Part shown: piece after piece, positions 1-8,074 of the stretch
Numbering within the stretch: position 1 is the stretch's first letter
How the letters are laid out: each line of letters opens with the position of its first letter
NCBI GenBank assembly: GCA_025937835.1
Contig: JAICQO010000013.1
Location: 25,931 to 89,930, forward strand
Direction of reading: 5' to 3'
Source of the DNA: Polyangiaceae bacterium
GTDB lineage: Bacteria > Myxococcota_A > Polyangia > Polyangiales > Polyangiaceae
Length of the DNA: 64,000 bases
Notes under the pieces: generated by a model
What the model was told of the DNA's origin: nothing
Seen by the model: only the letters and a program-made list of their open reading frames with translations
The model's database searches: none
Program-made: the position numbers and the translations under genes

Positions 1-74
1 GGGTAGCCGCGCTCTTCGATCGACTTGCGGATGAAATCCAGAGTCTGCTCTTGACGCTTGGTCAGGCCTTGCAT
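1..74 (-). CDS. lexA: LexA repressor, N-terminal fragment (runs off the left edge)
   Basis: Manual translation of the minus strand from ATG at 74: MQGLTKRQEQTLDFIRKSIEERGYP, matching the LexA helix-1/2 pattern (LTxRQ...I...GxP); an SOS-box-like site lies directly upstream. Confidence 0.88.
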   Translation of the reverse strand, partial: MQGLTKRQEQTLDFIRKSIEERGY

Positions 75-83
75 GGCCCGCAC

Positions 84-112
84 ACAATACTGAACGGGTG
101 TTAAGACGTCAA
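84..112 (-). promoter_or_regulatory. sigma70-type lexA promoter: -35 TTGACG (112-107), 17-bp spacer, -10 TATTGT (89-84)
   Basis: Read directly from the minus strand; canonical spacing; 9 nt between the -10 and the ATG. Confidence 0.75.
90..105. promoter_or_regulatory. LexA (SOS) operator CTGAAC-GGGT-GTTAAG
   Basis: Near-palindrome CTGAAC-N4-GTTxAG; the minus strand CTTAACACCCGTTCAG fits the M. xanthus LexA consensus as I recall it (CTRHAMRYBYGTTCAGS) with about 2 mismatches; fills 16 of the 17 bp of the -35/-10 spacer. Confidence 0.8.
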
Positions 113-257
113 ATTCCGCTCCGTCTGCGCAAATGGAGAGGGTAAAAATCTAATGAATTCAACTGGTTGAACAAATGGCGGCCGGCCGCTGTTCAGCGGT
201 TTCGGGGGCGGCGGCCCGCTGTCTTCGGTGGTTTTGCCGACCTGAAAACGAGCGCGC

Positions 258-743
258 TCAGAATTTGCTCGAGACGCTCAGGAACGTGAGCTTGTCGTTG
301 GTCTCGCGCAGCCGGAGCACGAGCAGGCGGACGACGTTCCACAGCACCTCGTAAGCGAGGTCTTTGTGCAAAAACAACAGATCGTCGAAGCCGTCCTTCG
401 GGATCGCGAGCAGCCGGCAGCGCTCGTGCACGCGCGCGTCCGCCGAGCGCGAAGACTCGTCGAGCAGCGCCATCTCTCCGAAGACCTCACCCGGACCGAG
501 CACTGCCAGCGCTTCTTCGCCCATCCCCGGCACTTCGCGGCTGATGCGCACGCGGCCTTCGAGGATCAGGTACAGCTTGTCGCCCGTGTCACCCTGCCGG
601 AAGATGCGCGTGCCGACGGCGTGTGTCTCCTCGCTCGCGACCTTGGCGATCAGCTCCAAGGCAGGCGGCTTGAGGCCGTTCAGTAGCTCGATCCCCGCAA
701 GTTGCTCGACGCGGTCGACCATCTGGGCCCCGGACTCTACCAA
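258..743 (-). CDS. Stand-alone cyclic nucleotide-binding domain protein (Crp-like sensor domain, no HTH)
   Basis: IFRQGDTGDKLYLILEGRV and phosphate-binding cassette FGEMALLDESSRSADA; 161 aa, ends after the C-helix; start may be ATG 722. Confidence 0.85.
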   Translation of the reverse strand: MVESGAQMVDRVEQLAGIELLNGLKPPALELIAKVASEETHAVGTRIFRQGDTGDKLYLILEGRVRISREVPGMGEEALAVLGPGEVFGEMALLDESSRSADARVHERCRLLAIPKDGFDDLLFLHKDLAYEVLWNVVRLLVLRLRETNDKLTFLSVSSKF

Positions 744-813
744 ACCCCCGCGCGCGTGTCCCAGCGTTTGCGGGGCTGGAAATACCGCTGCGCGCGGTTT
801 CGCACGCTCCGAG

Positions 814-1659
814 TCAGCGGGTGAACGTCACGTTGAACGCGCCGGTCGTCTTGGTCACGGGCTTGCCGTTCGCGTCGAAGCCGGGCGTGTAGTCGTATTT
901 GAACGCGCAGCGGCGCGCGGCCTGGCCGAAGCCGAAGCCCGCGTCCTTGACGACCACGGCAGACTTGGCGGTGCCGTCGGGGTTGACGGTGACCATCAAC
1001 TGCACGACCGCGTGGTTGATGCCCTCGAGGTCGGCCTCGGCCGGGAAAGGGCACTTCCAGCTACCCGACTTCGGGAGCGCCGGGCGTGACAGATCGCGCG
1101 CGGGCGGAGGCGGAGCGAGCGCCGTGCCGGTGCCGCCCGGGGTGCCGCCGATGACGGCTTTGGTGTCGCGCACCGCGATCTTCGAGGTGCCCTGGGAGGC
1201 GGTGATGCCGCCGGCGTAGCTCTCGGCATTGCCGGTGACGAAGCCTTGATCGGTGAGATCCACCGGTTCGTTCGGGTCGGGCTCGGAGGTGAGCACTTTG
1301 CCGGCCTGGGCGGGCGCGGGCGGAGGAGGCGGCGGTTCGGCCGCGGCCTTGGGGGGCGGCGCCGCTTCTTTCGGCGGCTCCGGCTCCGGCGGCGGAGGGG
1401 GAGGAGGCGGCGGCGGGGGCGGCTGCGACGTATCGAGGTCGATCTCCGCGCCGAGCTTGGCCTTCACGGCGTCGACCACGCGCGAGGCGAAGGAGCGCAC
1501 GTCGTAGAACGAGTGCGCAGCGCGCGCTGCGACTGCGCTGTGCATACCGAACCCGCCGACGATGCCGATCACCGCGCCGATGCGCAGGCTGCGTCGGCCG
1601 AGCGAGAGGATGGGACCGAGCGGGTCGAGTGGTGCGCGCGTTTGAACGGGAGCGGGCAT
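814..1659 (-). CDS. tonB: TonB-family energy transducer (TM helix, Pro-rich linker, TonB C-terminal domain)
   Basis: N-terminal hydrophobic segment with His, poly-Pro linker, C-terminal VVQLMVTVNPDG...GFG.AARRCA; directly follows exbB-exbD. Confidence 0.75.
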   Translation of the reverse strand: MPAPVQTRAPLDPLGPILSLGRRSLRIGAVIGIVGGFGMHSAVAARAAHSFYDVRSFASRVVDAVKAKLGAEIDLDTSQPPPPPPPPPPPPEPEPPKEAAPPPKAAAEPPPPPPAPAQAGKVLTSEPDPNEPVDLTDQGFVTGNAESYAGGITASQGTSKIAVRDTKAVIGGTPGGTGTALAPPPPARDLSRPALPKSGSWKCPFPAEADLEGINHAVVQLMVTVNPDGTAKSAVVVKDAGFGFGQAARRCAFKYDYTPGFDANGKPVTKTTGAFNVTFTR

Positions 1660-1661
1660 TT

Positions 1662-2126
1662 TCAGGGAATGGGCTGCGGTGCGGCGGGCGGCGCGGCGGC
1701 CGGCGCGGTGTCCCCGGCTACGGGGCTGACGGCGAACGCGATCTTGGCGACGCCTGCACGCTTCAACAGATCGAGCACGTGGATCACTCGCCCGTGCTCC
1801 ACCTTCTGATCGGCGCGGATCACGGCGCGGAGCTCCTTGTTGCGCGATTTCGCGTCCTGCGCGAGCTTGCCCACGACCTCGTCGTTCGGCACCACGTTCG
1901 AATCCACGCGCGTCTTCCCGTCGGCGCTGAGCTCGACGGAAAACACGGTCTGCAGCGACTCACCGCTCGCGGCCTTGGGCAGATCCATCGGCATGCCCTG
2001 CGAGACGATGATCTTGGCGGTGACCATGAAGATGATCAGCAACACCAACGTGACGTCCACGAGGGGCGTCACGTTAATGCCCGCGATCAGGCCGTCGTCG
2101 TCGCTGGAGGAGCTATTGGCGGCCAT
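1662..2126 (-). CDS. exbD: ExbD/TolR biopolymer transport protein
   Basis: INVTPLVDVTLVLLIIFMV with the conserved Asp; VIRADQKVEHGRVIHVLDLLKRAG. Confidence 0.92.
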   Translation of the reverse strand: MAANSSSSDDDGLIAGINVTPLVDVTLVLLIIFMVTAKIIVSQGMPMDLPKAASGESLQTVFSVELSADGKTRVDSNVVPNDEVVGKLAQDAKSRNKELRAVIRADQKVEHGRVIHVLDLLKRAGVAKIAFAVSPVAGDTAPAAAPPAAPQPIP

Positions 2127-2129
2127 GCC

Positions 2130-2876
2130 CTAGGCCTCGTCCTTGGCTCCGCCGCGTTCTGCCCTCGGCTTGTCGCTGCTCTCGCCCTTGTTGGACCGGC
2201 TGGGCGCGCTGCGCGCCTCGGGCGCAGGCGGTGCGACCAGGTACGACAACAGCACGTGGCTCAGCGCGTCGGTGTTGGCGAGGATCGACTTCGAGAGCCG
2301 CTGGTAATAGTTGTACATCGCGACCGCGGGGATCGCGATCAAGAGGCCGACGGCCGTGGCGACGAGCGCCTCGGCGATCGCGGCCATGACCTCTTGCGGG
2401 GCGGCCACGGCGGATTGCGTCGCGACCGTCGTCGTCTGCGAGCCGAGCTTTTCGAAGGCCTGAACCACGCCGATCACCGTGCCGAACAGGCCGATGAACG
2501 GCGCGTTGTTGCCGAGCGTTCCGAGGAACGCCAGGCGGCGCTCGAGCTTCATGCGCTGGAGCGCCATCGCTCCTTGCATGGCCTCGTCGGCGGCCTTGGC
2601 GCCGCGATCCGACTCCATCAAGCCCGCGACCACCACGGCCGCTTCCGCGCTCGGCGAGGCTTCCATGATCTTCTGCGCGCCGTCGGTGTCACCCTTGCGC
2701 AGCTGATCGCGGAGCTTCTGGGCGAGGGCTCCGATGTCGTCGCGCAGGGACCAGTAGAACCAGCCGCGTTCGAGCATGATCGCCACCGAAATCACGCTCA
2801 AAAAGATCATCAGCCACATCACCCAACTTGCGCCGAAGTTGGTCATGAGGTTCTGAAGCCACTCCACCAGATTCAT
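2130..2876 (-). CDS. exbB: MotA/TolQ/ExbB proton channel protein
   Basis: LGTLGNNAPFIGLFGTVIGVVQAF and IAEALVATAVGLLIAIPA. Confidence 0.92.
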   Translation of the reverse strand: MNLVEWLQNLMTNFGASWVMWLMIFLSVISVAIMLERGWFYWSLRDDIGALAQKLRDQLRKGDTDGAQKIMEASPSAEAAVVVAGLMESDRGAKAADEAMQGAMALQRMKLERRLAFLGTLGNNAPFIGLFGTVIGVVQAFEKLGSQTTTVATQSAVAAPQEVMAAIAEALVATAVGLLIAIPAVAMYNYYQRLSKSILANTDALSHVLLSYLVAPPAPEARSAPSRSNKGESSDKPRAERGGAKDEA

Positions 2877-3050
2877 TCAGTGATTCCTCGCTGTTGTGCG
2901 GATCGCCCCGATCTCGAGCGTGCGGCGGGTTGGTAGCACAGGAGGCGGGTCGCAGCCCGGCCTGACCGCCAAAGACGCCCCTCGGACCGGGCACCTGGCC
3001 GATCGCGTGGGCCGGACGCGGCGGAGGTCCCGATGGGGGCGCTGCCCCGG

Positions 3051-4529
3051 CTACAGCTCGTGGGGCATCAGGTCGTACGGCGAGCGGAAGAACTGCTGGG
3101 GGGAATATGCCTTCAGGCAGGAGACCCGGCGCATGTAAATGTCCGCGTACAGATCGACCTGCAGCCCGAAGCTCGACATTTCGCTCTGCTCCTTGAGCAG
3201 CGAGCCCCAGTAAGGGTGGAAGCGCTGCGAGATGCGATCGGCGAGCGACTCGTGCTCGGCCACGTTGGCGCGGAGCTCGGTGCGGATGCGATCGAGCGCG
3301 CGCTTGGCGCGAACGCGCTCCGACTGACCGAAGCTGTCGTCCGTGGCCGCCTTGGAGAGCTCCTTGAAGCGGGCCTGGTAGTAACGGAGATCGTTCTCGA
3401 GGCGATCCCGCTCTTCTTCCAATGCGCGCTGGCGCCCGAGGTCGGCCGCGCACACCTCGTACGCCTCGACCTCGGCGTCGAGCTCGGGGATGATCATCGC
3501 GGTGTGCCACGACGACTCCTTCTTGGAGCGCAGGATGTCGCCGTAGATGTGGTCGCCGACGTAGAGCACGCTCGAGCCGGTGTTCAGCCCGGCCAGGCGC
3601 TCGAACTCGACCAGGTTTCCGCCGTCGTAGATCTTGCCGCGCTCGAGCGGGCCCTTTACGGGCCGCAAGATCTCGCCGTCGCGCTCCATCAGCGGCCTGC
3701 CGTCCTGGAACCAGCGGGGTTTTCCGGCGCTGCACAGCACGAACTCGAAGTAGTGCCGCCAGGACGGGTACTCCGGCATGGCGCCGCCCAGGAGGAAGCT
3801 CATCATCCGCTCGGTGTAAGAGAGCGGTGAGTTGGTGAGGAGGAACAGCTTCTTACCCGCGGAGCGCAGCTTGTGCAGCGTGCGCGCGAGCTCCGGATCC
3901 TTCTCGATGAAGCGCTCGAGGTCGGCGGTGACCACGGCGTAGACGGCGCCTTCGGCGTGAGCCTCGTCGATCGCGGCGCGCACGTCGGCGAACAGCTGGT
4001 CGTAGTCGACCTTCTCGCCGCGCTTGTCGAGGGCGTCGACGATCGCCGCGTAGCTCGTCACCTCGCTCAGCGCGAACAGCGTGTCGATCCAGTGATAGCG
4101 CGGCGTGTGCGGGCGGATCCGCTTGTGGTGATAGAGCTCGGTCAGCTCCTGCTTCGGGATCTTCTGGAGCCCGTGGTAGCCGTGATGGACCACCTTGTAG
4201 CGGTCCATCTTCAGCACGTGGCCGTAGCGCTTGTCGACCAGCAGCCCGCGGATCGGAAAGCGCGTGTCGTACTCGAGCTTGAGCAGCGAGCTCGGGTAAC
4301 CGCGGCGGATCAGCCGCTCCACGGTGAGCTCGACGCTCAGCCGGTCCATCTCGCTCTGGCGGTAGATCGCCAGCGTGTAGTCCATGTCGAACCCGACCCA
4401 CTCGATGTTCGCCATCCGAAGGTCGCGGTTGACGAACACCCGGTCCACGCGAGGGATCGAGTGGTCGCTGAGCGGCGGTTGGCTGACCCCTGCCAGGGGT
4501 AGAACGAGCTGATGTGGCGCGGCGCTCAT
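3051..4529 (-). CDS. HAD-IG family 5'-nucleotidase (cN-II-like)
   Basis: HAD motif I GFDMDYTL, LLTNS, YVGDHIYGDIL; start uncertain. Confidence 0.88.
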   Translation of the reverse strand: MSAAPHQLVLPLAGVSQPPLSDHSIPRVDRVFVNRDLRMANIEWVGFDMDYTLAIYRQSEMDRLSVELTVERLIRRGYPSSLLKLEYDTRFPIRGLLVDKRYGHVLKMDRYKVVHHGYHGLQKIPKQELTELYHHKRIRPHTPRYHWIDTLFALSEVTSYAAIVDALDKRGEKVDYDQLFADVRAAIDEAHAEGAVYAVVTADLERFIEKDPELARTLHKLRSAGKKLFLLTNSPLSYTERMMSFLLGGAMPEYPSWRHYFEFVLCSAGKPRWFQDGRPLMERDGEILRPVKGPLERGKIYDGGNLVEFERLAGLNTGSSVLYVGDHIYGDILRSKKESSWHTAMIIPELDAEVEAYEVCAADLGRQRALEEERDRLENDLRYYQARFKELSKAATDDSFGQSERVRAKRALDRIRTELRANVAEHESLADRISQRFHPYWGSLLKEQSEMSSFGLQVDLYADIYMRRVSCLKAYSPQQFFRSPYDLMPHEL

Positions 4530-4614
4530 CCTGAGTTTTCGGGGCGACGACTCGCGAGTCGACGTCCGCTCAGGATAGCAGGGAAATTCACGGAGCGGTC
4601 AACGCGGTCGCGGT

Positions 4615-5685
4615 TCAGACCAGGCATACACCGTGACCTGTGTCGATCCGATCCAGACGGAGCCTCGGGCCGGTTTGCTCGAAACCGCCGGAAAGCGGGC
4701 GCTTCGACAGGAACATCGGCGTGTCGAGATCGACGAAACCGAAGCCGCCGAGCCCCGCTGCCAGGCAGGCCGAAGTGCTCATCGCGAGCTCGGTCTCGAC
4801 CATTCCCCCGACCATCAGCCCGAGGCCGTGGGCGCGCGCGCAGCGGATCATGTCCCAGGCTTCGAACACGCCGGTCTTCATGATCTTCACGTTGACGACG
4901 CTCGCGGCGCCCGCGTTCGCGATCACCAGCACGTCGCGCGTGGAGCGGGCGCTTTCATCGGCTGCCACTGGAATGCCGCTCTGCTCTCGAACCTGTCGCA
5001 GCTGGTCGAGGTCGGCGGCCGGCGTGGGTTGTTCGAGTAGAACCACGCTCCGGCGCGCCGGGCCGAGCGCGCCCAGGAGCTCGAGCGTTTCCCGGGCGCT
5101 CAGGCTCTCGTTGGCGTCGAGCACGAGCTTGGCTTGCGGCGCGGCTGCGTGAACTGCGAGCACGCGCTCGACGTCCAGCCCGAGCTCGGCGCCGCCGAGC
5201 TTGATCTTCAAGGTGTCGAAGCCCTGCAGCACCGCGCGCGCGGCGAGCGTGGTCGCGTGCTCGCGGTCGCCGGTCGGGATCGTGATGTCGGTCACGAGCT
5301 CGGTCTCGGCGCCGCCGAAGTACGACCAGAGCGAGAGACGGTGGTGGCGCGCGAACGCGTCGAGCAGCGCCGTCTCGACGGCGCACAGCGCGCTCGGCGT
5401 TCCCGAGAGCGCTTCGCGGCACAGCGCGGCGAGCGGCCGCAAGCGCCGTAGATCGCGGCCCGCGAGCAGCTCGCGAACGCCGGACAGTGCCGACAGCGCG
5501 TCGTCTTGAGTTTCGCCGTTCACGGCGGGGAAGGGCGCGGCCTCACCCAGGCCGCGGGTGCCGTCGGCGAGGCGCACCTCGACCAGCACGTTCCTGGCGA
5601 CGTGTTGGGTGCCGCCGGCGATGCCGAAGGGCTCGTCGAGCGGGACGTCGAACGGTCGAAAACCGACTTCGGTGATGCTCAGCAT
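4615..5685 (-). CDS. Dipeptide (L-Ala-D/L-Glu) epimerase, enolase superfamily
   Basis: KIK catalytic Lys motif, metal ligands LDANE / EQP / ADES, second Lys in VKIMKTG. Confidence 0.85.
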   Translation of the reverse strand: MLSITEVGFRPFDVPLDEPFGIAGGTQHVARNVLVEVRLADGTRGLGEAAPFPAVNGETQDDALSALSGVRELLAGRDLRRLRPLAALCREALSGTPSALCAVETALLDAFARHHRLSLWSYFGGAETELVTDITIPTGDREHATTLAARAVLQGFDTLKIKLGGAELGLDVERVLAVHAAAPQAKLVLDANESLSARETLELLGALGPARRSVVLLEQPTPAADLDQLRQVREQSGIPVAADESARSTRDVLVIANAGAASVVNVKIMKTGVFEAWDMIRCARAHGLGLMVGGMVETELAMSTSACLAAGLGGFGFVDLDTPMFLSKRPLSGGFEQTGPRLRLDRIDTGHGVCLV

Positions 5686-5738
5686 CCGCTTCCTCGAACC
5701 TGATACCCGATACCCGGAACGCGTGTCACAAATAGCGC

Positions 5739-6455
5739 GTGTCCGAGCCCGCCGTCGCCGTCGTGATCACCGGCGAGCCGATCGACGGCGCCCGCGAGCG
5801 GCGTGGCGGCTTCGATCGGCTGTTGATCGAGGCCGCGGGGCCCGGCTCGCAGCGCTTCGTCACGCTCGACGCGCGCGCCGAGCTCCCGCCGCTCGATGGC
5901 TATGCCGGCGTCGTGGTGAGCGGCTCTGCGGCGAGCGTGACCGAACGCGCTCCCTGGATCCTCGCGACCGAGCAGCGCCTGGCCGAGGCCGTACGCGCCG
6001 GAACGCCCGTGCTCGGTGTGTGTTTCGGCCATCAGCTGCTCGGCCAGGCCCTGGGCGGGCGCGTCGCCCAGAACCCGCGCGGCCGTGAGATCGGCACGGT
6101 GCGTCTCGAGCGCGTCGCAGAGGACCCGCTGTTTTCGGGGGAAGAGCCGTTCGAGGTCAACATGACGCACCTAGACTCGGTGGTGGAGCTGCCGCCCGGC
6201 GCGACCCTGATCGGTCGCACGGCGCTCGATCCTCACGCCGCCGTCCGCTTCGGCGCGCGCGCCTGGGGCGTGCAGTTCCATCCGGAGATCGACGCCGAGG
6301 TGATGGCGGCCTACGTGGACGGGCGGAGCGCTCAGATCCAAGCGGAGGGCCTGGATCTCGCCGCGATCCGCGCCCGGATCGGCGCGGCCGAGCCGGGACG
6401 CGCGGTCCTCCGTCGCTTTTTGTCGGGGGTTGCCGCGGGGCGCTTCGAGCGGTAG
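5739..6455 (+). CDS. Class I glutamine amidotransferase-like hydrolase
   Basis: Nucleophile elbow LGVCFGHQ and QFHPE (Cys-His-Glu triad); no synthase domain. Confidence 0.85.
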   Translation: MSEPAVAVVITGEPIDGARERRGGFDRLLIEAAGPGSQRFVTLDARAELPPLDGYAGVVVSGSAASVTERAPWILATEQRLAEAVRAGTPVLGVCFGHQLLGQALGGRVAQNPRGREIGTVRLERVAEDPLFSGEEPFEVNMTHLDSVVELPPGATLIGRTALDPHAAVRFGARAWGVQFHPEIDAEVMAAYVDGRSAQIQAEGLDLAAIRARIGAAEPGRAVLRRFLSGVAAGRFER

Positions 6456-6468
6456 ACCGCGCGCTCCC

Positions 6469-7569
6469 ATGGGTTTTTCCTGCGGCATCGTCGGTCTGCC
6501 GAACGTCGGCAAGAGCACGCTCTTCAACTCTCTGTCGAACGCCAAGGCGGAAGCGCAGAACTTTCCGTTCTGTACGATCGAGCCCAACGTCGGGATCGTG
6601 TTCGTGCCCGATCAGCGGATCGCGGCGCTGGCCAAGGTGGTGCAACCCGAGCGCGAGGTGCCGGCCACGATTCGCTTCGTCGACATCGCGGGGTTGGTTC
6701 GCGGCGCCTCGAAGGGTGAGGGGCTCGGCAATCAGTTCCTCTCGCACATCCGCGAGGTCGACGCGGTGGCCCACGTGGTGCGCTGCTTCGCCGACGACAA
6801 CGTGACGCACGTCGACGGCAAGGTCGATCCGGTGGCGGACGTCGCCACGATCTCGACCGAGCTCGGGCTCAAGGATCTCGACACCGTCAACAAGCGCCTC
6901 GATCGCGCGCGCAAGCAGAGCAAGGGCGGCGATCCGCTGGAGAAGCTCGCGGTCGTGGTCTGCGAGCGGCTGTCGGCGCACCTCGACGCGGGCAAGCCCG
7001 CGCGCTCGTTCACGGCCGACGACAAGGAGCGCGAGATCCTGCGCGAGCTCAGCTTGCTCACGGACAAGCCGACCTTCTACGTCGCGAACGTCGACGAGGG
7101 CTCGCTCGCCGCGATCGACGAGAACCCGCATTACCGCGCGATCAAGGCGCTCGCCGACTCGGAGAAGACGCCGGTGGTGGTGATCTGCGCGGCGCTCGAG
7201 GCGCAGATCGCCGAGCTCGAGCCCGCCGATCGCCCCGAGTTTTTGAAGAGCGCCGGCCTCGAAGAGCCTGGACTCAACTCGGTGATCCGCACCGGCTACT
7301 CGTTGCTCGGGCTCAGCACCTATTTCACCGCCGGCAAGCAAGAGGTCCGCGCCTGGACCATCCGCAAGGGCTCGACCGCGCCCAAGGCCGCGGCCGTGAT
7401 CCACACCGATTTCGAGCGCGGCTTCATCAAGGCCGAGGTGATCTGGTGGGAAGATTTCGTGGCGCTCGGCAGCGAGGCCAAGTGCCGCGAGGCCGGCAAG
7501 CTCGCGATCGAAGGCAAGGACTACGTCGTCCGCGACGGCGACGTGATGCACTTCCGCTTCAACGTCTGA
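6469..7569 (+). CDS. ychF: Redox-regulated ATPase YchF
   Basis: MGFSCGIVGLPNVGKSTLFN, FPFCTIEPNVG, DIAGLVRGASKGEGLGNQFL, TGS domain ending YVVRDGDVMHFRFNV; start set to ATG 6469. Confidence 0.97.
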   Translation: MGFSCGIVGLPNVGKSTLFNSLSNAKAEAQNFPFCTIEPNVGIVFVPDQRIAALAKVVQPEREVPATIRFVDIAGLVRGASKGEGLGNQFLSHIREVDAVAHVVRCFADDNVTHVDGKVDPVADVATISTELGLKDLDTVNKRLDRARKQSKGGDPLEKLAVVVCERLSAHLDAGKPARSFTADDKEREILRELSLLTDKPTFYVANVDEGSLAAIDENPHYRAIKALADSEKTPVVVICAALEAQIAELEPADRPEFLKSAGLEEPGLNSVIRTGYSLLGLSTYFTAGKQEVRAWTIRKGSTAPKAAAVIHTDFERGFIKAEVIWWEDFVALGSEAKCREAGKLAIEGKDYVVRDGDVMHFRFNV

Positions 7570-8056
7570 GCTGCTCGAGGGCTCGCTCAGCCAGATCCCT
7601 ACCCGGCGATTGAACCGGCACCGGGCCTCCGAAGAGCCCCGCGAAGCGCAGGAGCCACACCGCCATGAGCGCTACGAACAGCGTCGCGCCGAGGCGAGTG
7701 CTCCAGCGCGCGCGCTCCGCATCGTCGCCGCGATCGGTGGTCGGCCCGCGCACGTAGTCCACCGCAGCCTTGGTCGTGAGCCAGGCGAACAGCGGCGAGA
7801 TCAACGGTGACAGCGGGTGCAGGGCAAGCGCCGCGCCGAGGTGGCCGTGCGCGAGCTCGAGCGTCGCGCGCGTCAGGCCGCAGCCGGGGCAGGGGATGCC
7901 GAGGAACGTCGCGGTCGGGCAGATCGGGATTTGGAAGAACACGATGCCCGCGAATGCTGCGGCTCCGAGCGCCACAAAAAGAACGCGCCGCGCTCGGGTG
8001 GAGCGCGGCGCTCGGGGAACGCCGCCGATGACCTGGACCGTCGCGAGGACCGGCAT
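7559..8056 (-). CDS. DUF2752-like membrane protein
   Basis: CPTATFLGIPCPGCGLTRA...H motif plus TM helices. Confidence 0.75.
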   Translation of the reverse strand: MPVLATVQVIGGVPRAPRSTRARRVLFVALGAAAFAGIVFFQIPICPTATFLGIPCPGCGLTRATLELAHGHLGAALALHPLSPLISPLFAWLTTKAAVDYVRGPTTDRGDDAERARWSTRLGATLFVALMAVWLLRFAGLFGGPVPVQSPGRDLAERALEQLRR

Positions 8057-8074
8057 CGGCGCGGGTTGCTGCCG

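Noticed and set aside
177-235. CCGCTG-TT-CAGCGG palindrome (186-199) containing a GTTCAG half-site, within a degenerate duplication of about 30 bp
   Set aside because: No second LexA half-site at N4 spacing; more likely a terminator-like stem for the upstream cNMP gene or chance GC-rich symmetry
2877-3050. Possible cobalamin riboswitch upstream of exbB (AGGTGCCC on the minus strand)
   Set aside because: Lacks the GGGAA, GCCACTG and AGCCAG-type conserved elements
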